Origin: Eremomyces bilateralis CBS 781.70
Lineage: Eukaryota
Length of the DNA stretch: 64,000 bases
NCBI GenBank assembly: GCA_010015585.1
Contig: ML975153.1
Reading direction: 5' to 3' (one strand)
Below are positions 58,629 to 64,000 of this stretch, piece after piece. How positions within the stretch are numbered: the first letter of the stretch is position 1; every line of letters begins with the position of its first letter. The notes beneath the pieces are model-generated. The model had not been told where the DNA came from and ran no database searches. It worked only from the letters and a program-made list of their open reading frames with translations. The translations under genes and the position numbers were made by a program.

Positions 58629-58637
58629 TTTTATATA
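58629..58637 (-). promoter_or_regulatory. TATA box of the thioredoxin gene
   Basis: TATATAAAA on the minus strand, about 40 bp before the first ATG. Confidence 0.5.
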
Positions 58638-59061
58638 CAAGGAGCTGGTGGCGGGGTTGTTCGTTGGGGGAGAGAGAGCTGTGTTGGTGAAGAATAGAGC
58701 TGATTACTCCTAGTGAAGATTCTAGAGGGGATGGCGGCATCGGCAAACCCTCGGAGATGGGATGTACGGATGATGTCAACCATGAAATGGGAGCATTACT
58801 TACAGTGAATAAGATGTGAGATAGCTAGTTGTTACGAGAATCTTCGTTCACGGTGATTTGGAATATTCGGTTATTACTGAACTATTAAGCCAGAGAGAAG
58901 AAATTGTATACAGATAGAGAGAGATACCAAGAGCTGCTTACAACACAGCGACGATCCAGACTCGATGACGTGACCACCCAACCGATGACAATTCCTGTAA
59001 CCAAGCCAGCGCGCAATGTTTGACAAGAAAATTCGTATTATTAAGGCAGGTATTAATCTAT

Positions 59062-59478
59062 GGGAAATGCTTCATGTACATTCCTACTTTGGTTGAGTAT
59101 TACCCTTCGCATACGTACCTTTCCGCTTCGACATACATCTCAATCATGTGATGTAGGAATCTTGTGCTCTGATTGGTCAATATCGAAATAAATGGTTTAG
59201 CACGTGACTGGTGTTGACAAGTCCTTACTACGTGGGCACCCCCACCACACATTTTAGGCACGCTATACCGCCTATTTCGGGCACTCTCTACCGCCTGTAC
59301 GGCCCCGGCCACATATACATTCCATGGCGAACGGCTTACTATTTTAATCTATTATTTTCTTAAATAGGCCAATCATAGCACAAGATTCCTATATATCACG
59401 TGATTGGGATATATGTCGAAGCGAAAAGGTATGTTTGTAGATGGTAATAGGGATGTATATGTACATGAAACATTTCCC
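59062..59478. mobile_element. Non-autonomous Mutator-like (MULE) MITE, 417 bp
   Basis: Ends GGGAAATGCTTCATGTACAT … ATGTACATGAAACATTTCCC. Imperfect inverted arms of about 125 bp. Identical 9-bp flanks TTAATCTAT at 59053-59061 and 59479-59487. Confidence 0.92.
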
Positions 59479-59640
59479 TTAATCTATTCGCACTGAAGCC
59501 CGATCCTCATATCTCATCCCCTATATATCCAAACGAACCTGCCGTCCCAAAAAATCTGTCGTAAACTGTCCCAAAAGCAAACTCCAAACCCCTTCCCTTG
59601 CAGACCTAATGCTCGATGGTATCATTCCCGTCTCTCATCT

Positions 59641-59916
59641 CTAAGCCTGCGGCGTAAACGTCCCCTCCTCTACCCTGCTCCCCTGCCGACTCTCGTCCGA
59701 GCTATACGTCCTGGCACCGTAGTAGGTCATATACGCCTCATTGACGCTGTGATGATGCTCGCGGGCTTTGCGGGCGACGTTCTTCAGCGCGGATTTGAGG
59801 GAGGAGGTGGACTTGGTGGAACTGGCGAGGGTGGGGGTAGAGGTGGAGGGGAAGGTAGCGGTTTTGTGGTCCATGGCGTCGGGGCGGGAGAGATGTTGGA
59901 GGGTGACAGATTCCAT
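59641..59916 (-). CDS. Small uncharacterised fungal protein (91 aa, or 77 aa from the second Met)
   Basis: Ser/Thr-rich N-terminus followed by LKSALKNVARKAREHHHSVNEAYMTYYG. CA-rich leader and TATAAAG at 60144-60150 on the minus strand. Confidence 0.7.
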   Translation of the reverse strand: MESVTLQHLSRPDAMDHKTATFPSTSTPTLASSTKSTSSLKSALKNVARKAREHHHSVNEAYMTYYGARTYSSDESRQGSRVEEGTFTPQA

Positions 59917-60815
59917 TGCGAGTTTGGTTGGTTGGTTTTGTTTTAGCTGGTGGTGAGGTGGTGATGGTTGGTGGAGGTGGTTGTGTTGTGGTGGTTGATG
60001 AAGGCTTGATATAGGACTTGATATGCTTTGAAGGTTGATTGACTGATGCGATACTTTGATGCTTTGATGCTTTGATGCTCTGATGAACTGATGAACTGAT
60101 GCTCTGAAATATTATCCTACCTTTTGCCGACTTCTTCAGCCCTCTTTATACTTTTCTAGATGTCCATCCATCATGTAATATTCACACCCTTCAGAGCTGC
60201 ACATATGACACCACGTCCATGCGTTGTTGGATTGTGACTCCAAAATCTTGTCACGGCATCAATTATTAAGCTGTACCCTGCGCATCCATGGCGCATCAGG
60301 CACTGCGAAACGGCTGGAAATGCTGAAAATGCTGAAAACGGTGGTGAGAAACGTATTGGTCAGCGTCGAATTCACGATGCTGGGCGGTGGTGGGGACAGG
60401 GGGGGTGTCATTGATTGAGTGCGAAAGGCGTGGTTGTTCATGTAAGCAGGTTGACATAAAGACAATTGATTGGTGGGATGGGTGACAGGGACGGTGTCAT
60501 ATTGCAGATGGACCAGTGAAATCTCAGAGTGACGCCGCTTTGTCAGGAATTGCTCTTAGGGGACGCTAGTTGTCGTGTTGACAGTATGCATTTCACGATA
60601 ACGCGCCCTTTACTGGACGTTTGCGCTGTGATGGAGCGCATGAAGCTTGGATATACGAGCTCGTGTTGGCTGCAAGCGTGAAACGGTGTCTTAATAATGC
60701 CATTGCGACATCGCTATGATGGGCATTATTTGCAATTACATATCGGCTCTGCACCTTCCGCTAGAAGCACCTCCAGTCATGTAATACCCGTACAAAGACA
60801 GAGAACAAGGAGGAG

Positions 60816-60866
60816 TCCATCTTCCATCTTCCATCTTCCATCTTCCATCTTCCATCTTCCATCTTC
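60816..60866. repeat. Microsatellite (TCCATCT)7
   Basis: Seven perfect 7-bp units read directly. Confidence 0.95.
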
Positions 60867-61715
60867 TAGTTCATCCGTCTAGGCATTTGTCCACCCCATT
60901 GTAGCTTGTATCTAGGATTCAAGTCCATACGTCGCAATTGACTACTATGGTAATAATGTTGCAGAGATTCGCAGCCTATGATGTACCAGTACCCTCCTCG
61001 CCCATCGGCAACATGTGGCGGAGGCTGAAGCTCCGGGTTGCATACCAAGAAAATGTACGTACCTAAGATCCCCGTGCTGCAAGTTAATTTCACAAGTTTT
61101 CTATGCACTGTACATAACACATTCGAAACACCTCACCCTCATCCGCAAATATATTGGGATCTATCTTCATTTCTTATTTATCCATCATTGAATGCAATAT
61201 TGGGACATTTTAATCGCGTTGCGACTGAAGAAGGATCGTGCTGAATAGATAGGATACGTACTGTGCTTCGTAAGTCTCCTGAATCCACTCTGCCCATCTG
61301 CATACATATACCGTGGTCCCTGCATTCAATCCGTCCTTGCTAGTGAGAGCGAGCCTCTACAGTATCATTCGATCAACTTTAGGCCCGTTATTCGATGGAA
61401 GTCGATAGCAATGCCACCTCTAAGATCACCTACATTGGTGAAGCATGGCGCAAGAAATCTTAAGATACAGTTGCACGCTGAGCATTGGGAGTCGTGTGCT
61501 TAGGACTTATCGCATTTCATGTCTCCTCCTTTAGCATATCAGAATGGATTTCAAGTGTGCAAATGGGACAGTGGGAACTGAACCACTAACTATTGGACAG
61601 GATATTCACATCGATCATATTGAATGGGGTCAAAGTTGCAAGGCTGGCCTTGACGCTGGGACGCGGACTCCAAGGCGAGAAGTAAATCAAAAGAGCAAGG
61701 TCTACACGTCCGATC

Positions 61716-63545
61716 ATGCGCATCCAAGCCTCAAAGCTCTTCTGGCGCTGGCTGCCCGTTCCCCTCTTCCTCACCATCCTCTTCTTCCTCGTCGTCCTGT
61801 TCAACGACCATGCCCCGGCCACCCCCCTGGACCGCGGCGACCATCCCGTCGACCGTCTGATGCGGCACGCGGACGACGAATTCGATGTCCTCACCGGAGA
61901 TGCAATGAACGGCCATAGGTCGCCGGCAGACGTCTACCGTGCGCAACGGGGACGGCATCCGCCCCCGGGCTTCGACGCGTGGCTTGCCTTTGCCAAAAAG
62001 CACAACGCGCTCATCCACGAGCGGTTTTTCGACCGCGTGTACGACGACCTGCGGCCGTTCTGGGGCGTGAAGCCGGCGAAGATCCGAGGGTTTGCCGCGG
62101 GCTTCGGGGATGCGTTGGTGGTGCGGAACGGCACGGTTACGATTCGCTCGGACGGGGTGGACCGCCCGTGGCTGGGTCCGTGGGCGGAGATGGTGCAAGA
62201 GGTGGCGGAGCATCTGCCGGACTTGGAGATGGCGATGAACGTGCTGGATGAATCGCGGGTCATCGTGCCGTGGGAGACGATCGCGGGTGCTGTGGAAAAG
62301 GAGATAGCCGGTCGCAAATCGCCCGAACAGCTCTTCGAGTCGTTGGCCTCGTACCGCACTGAGTATGATCTGACGTGGCCCGATGAGATGTCCCGAGGGG
62401 TTCTGTCGTCAAGTGCGCAGTTTGTGACCGCTGGGAAGTACTGGGATCTTGCAAAGCCCGGTTGCCACCCCGCGTCCCTGGCGCGCAACGATCCCTTTCC
62501 CAATTATTCCGGGGCCTATCCTCCTCCCACGCAATTCCTCACGCACTTGTTCAACGACTACGTCTCGAACTGGACCCGAGCCAAGGACCCCTGCTCGCAA
62601 CCTCATCTCCGATCGCGCCACGGCACCTTTATCGAACCTCTCTCCATCTCCACCACCACCGACCTCGTCCCCATCTTCGGCGGCTCCAAGCTCTCCATGA
62701 ACAACGATATCCTCCTCCCCGCCGCCATGTACTACCATGACGTCTCTCCCGGCCACGTCTACTCCAGCAGTGGCACCGAGCCTCCCTGGGCCAAAAAATC
62801 CACCAAGATGATCTGGCGGGGCGTCGCTTCCGGCGGCCGCAACCGCCACGACACCTGGCCGCACTTCCACCGCCACGGTTTCGTCTCCATGGTCAATGCC
62901 ACCGCCGCCCACCTCGTCGAGACCGGCTCCAGCACCCCCGCCCAAACCTTCCGCCAGCTCTCTCCCACCGCCCACCTCCGCATCCAACCTCTCCGCGAAG
63001 GCCGCCTTGGCCAATGGCTCCCCGCCTTCTCCGACGTCGCCTTCACCGGCCTCGAATGCTTCCCGCAGGAACCCGGTTTCGGCTGCTCTTACACCGACCC
63101 GTACTTCGCCCTCGCCACCCCGCTCCCGTTCGCGGAGATGCTCACCGCTAAATACCTCCCCGACCTCGACGGGAACTCGTACAGCGCGCGCTACCTCGAG
63201 TTCCTGCGTTCAGGGTCACTGCCCATCAAGGCGACGCTCTATAATGAATGGCACGACGGGCGGCTGGTCGCGTGGAAGCACTTTGTCCCGATGGACAACA
63301 CCTTCATCGATATCTACTCCATCATGGAGTATTTCATCGGGTATGGCGAGAAGCCGCCGCACGATCGCGCGGCGAGGAAGATCGCGACCGAGGGGAAGGA
63401 GTGGGCGGCGAAGGTGTTGAGGAAGGAGGATATGGTGCTCTATACGTTTCGGTTGTTGCTGGAGTACGCGCGACTCTGCGACGATGGGCGCGAGGAGTTG
63501 GCGTACGTTGGTGACCAGGCGGACCGTAGCGGAGCGATACGTTGA
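61716..63545 (+). CDS. Glycosyltransferase family 90 (Cap10/Cxt1-like beta-1,2-xylosyltransferase)
   Basis: N-terminal TM anchor; YRAQRGRHPPPGFDAW, DLRPFWG, NVLDESRV, SKLSMNNDILLP, WRGVASGG, KYLPDLDGNSYSARY and EWHDGRLVAWKHFVP. Confidence 0.93.
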   Translation: MRIQASKLFWRWLPVPLFLTILFFLVVLFNDHAPATPLDRGDHPVDRLMRHADDEFDVLTGDAMNGHRSPADVYRAQRGRHPPPGFDAWLAFAKKHNALIHERFFDRVYDDLRPFWGVKPAKIRGFAAGFGDALVVRNGTVTIRSDGVDRPWLGPWAEMVQEVAEHLPDLEMAMNVLDESRVIVPWETIAGAVEKEIAGRKSPEQLFESLASYRTEYDLTWPDEMSRGVLSSSAQFVTAGKYWDLAKPGCHPASLARNDPFPNYSGAYPPPTQFLTHLFNDYVSNWTRAKDPCSQPHLRSRHGTFIEPLSISTTTDLVPIFGGSKLSMNNDILLPAAMYYHDVSPGHVYSSSGTEPPWAKKSTKMIWRGVASGGRNRHDTWPHFHRHGFVSMVNATAAHLVETGSSTPAQTFRQLSPTAHLRIQPLREGRLGQWLPAFSDVAFTGLECFPQEPGFGCSYTDPYFALATPLPFAEMLTAKYLPDLDGNSYSARYLEFLRSGSLPIKATLYNEWHDGRLVAWKHFVPMDNTFIDIYSIMEYFIGYGEKPPHDRAARKIATEGKEWAAKVLRKEDMVLYTFRLLLEYARLCDDGREELAYVGDQADRSGAIR

Positions 63546-64000
63546 TGGGTTGTTGGATAGTCCCCGGCGTCTGGGTTCTGGTGTTTCTCGCTGATCTAGA
63601 GCTCGGGCACAGGACAGGTGCCCGTTGCCATTAGACGAGCAATATCATTGATTTAGATATCAGTTTCTGCATTCCACCCCACCCGACCTTCTCCAACGCC
63701 ACGTTCACCCCCCTGTACGTCAACCAGGAGCGCGGGCGGAGAACACCGCCTCGACTTTTGTAGGTACCTAACAAAAAGTTATGTTATCTCGTCGCATTTA
63801 TTACACAGTGCACGCTACTGTTTTGCAAGGGGATCATAGCACTCGGAGGGGATGGAGTCGTTGGAACCCATGCTAGCTATCAAATGATTGATTGATGAAA
63901 TATTCCAACGAATACGAGTAGTGTACCATTAGAGGGACCGTATATCCCTAATTAAGCTCAATGCGAGGGGGTCCACATGCATCGCATGCTTAAATTCCAT

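Noticed and set aside
60816..60866. (TCCATCT)7 and other short repeats as CRISPR-like or telomeric arrays
   Set aside because: No spacers, eukaryotic context and not the TTAGGG telomere unit; an ordinary microsatellite.

Overview
Eukaryotic, intron-containing genomic DNA from a filamentous ascomycete (Pezizomycotina). GT-AG introns with CTRAC branch points and a HET-domain gene support this; a Dothideomycete is plausible but cannot be proven from this window. About 22 intact genes are recognisable. Housekeeping genes: PRP17, Pol kappa, SCC2/Nipped-B, CCDC25/JLP2, YND1 apyrase, DOHH/LIA1, RPA12, SUV3, SEC1, thioredoxin and a GT90. Accessory genes: HET protein, GPI-type Ser/Thr-rich protein, Kre9/Knh1-like single-pass protein, P450, membrane-anchored aspartic pseudo-protease, hemerythrin and a divergent MFS transporter. 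Decayed or mobile material: an NmrA pseudogene next to a hAT-like relic (8.2-10.0 kb), a probable solo LTR (20.2-20.6 kb), degenerate coding sequence at 25.2-27.2 kb and a 417-bp Mutator-type MITE with a perfect 9-bp TSD (59062-59478). No tRNA, rRNA or CRISPR array was found. The most striking unexplained signal is about 14 local domains where the + strand is strongly C(A)-rich and then switches abruptly to G(T)-rich, regardless of gene orientation. Other points of interest: the receptor-like pseudo-protease with E-L-x tail repeats, an apparent frameshift/deletion in SEC1 (probably an assembly artefact) and a likely dual-targeted thioredoxin. Family assignments come from recognised motifs, not database searches; exon boundaries were read by eye.
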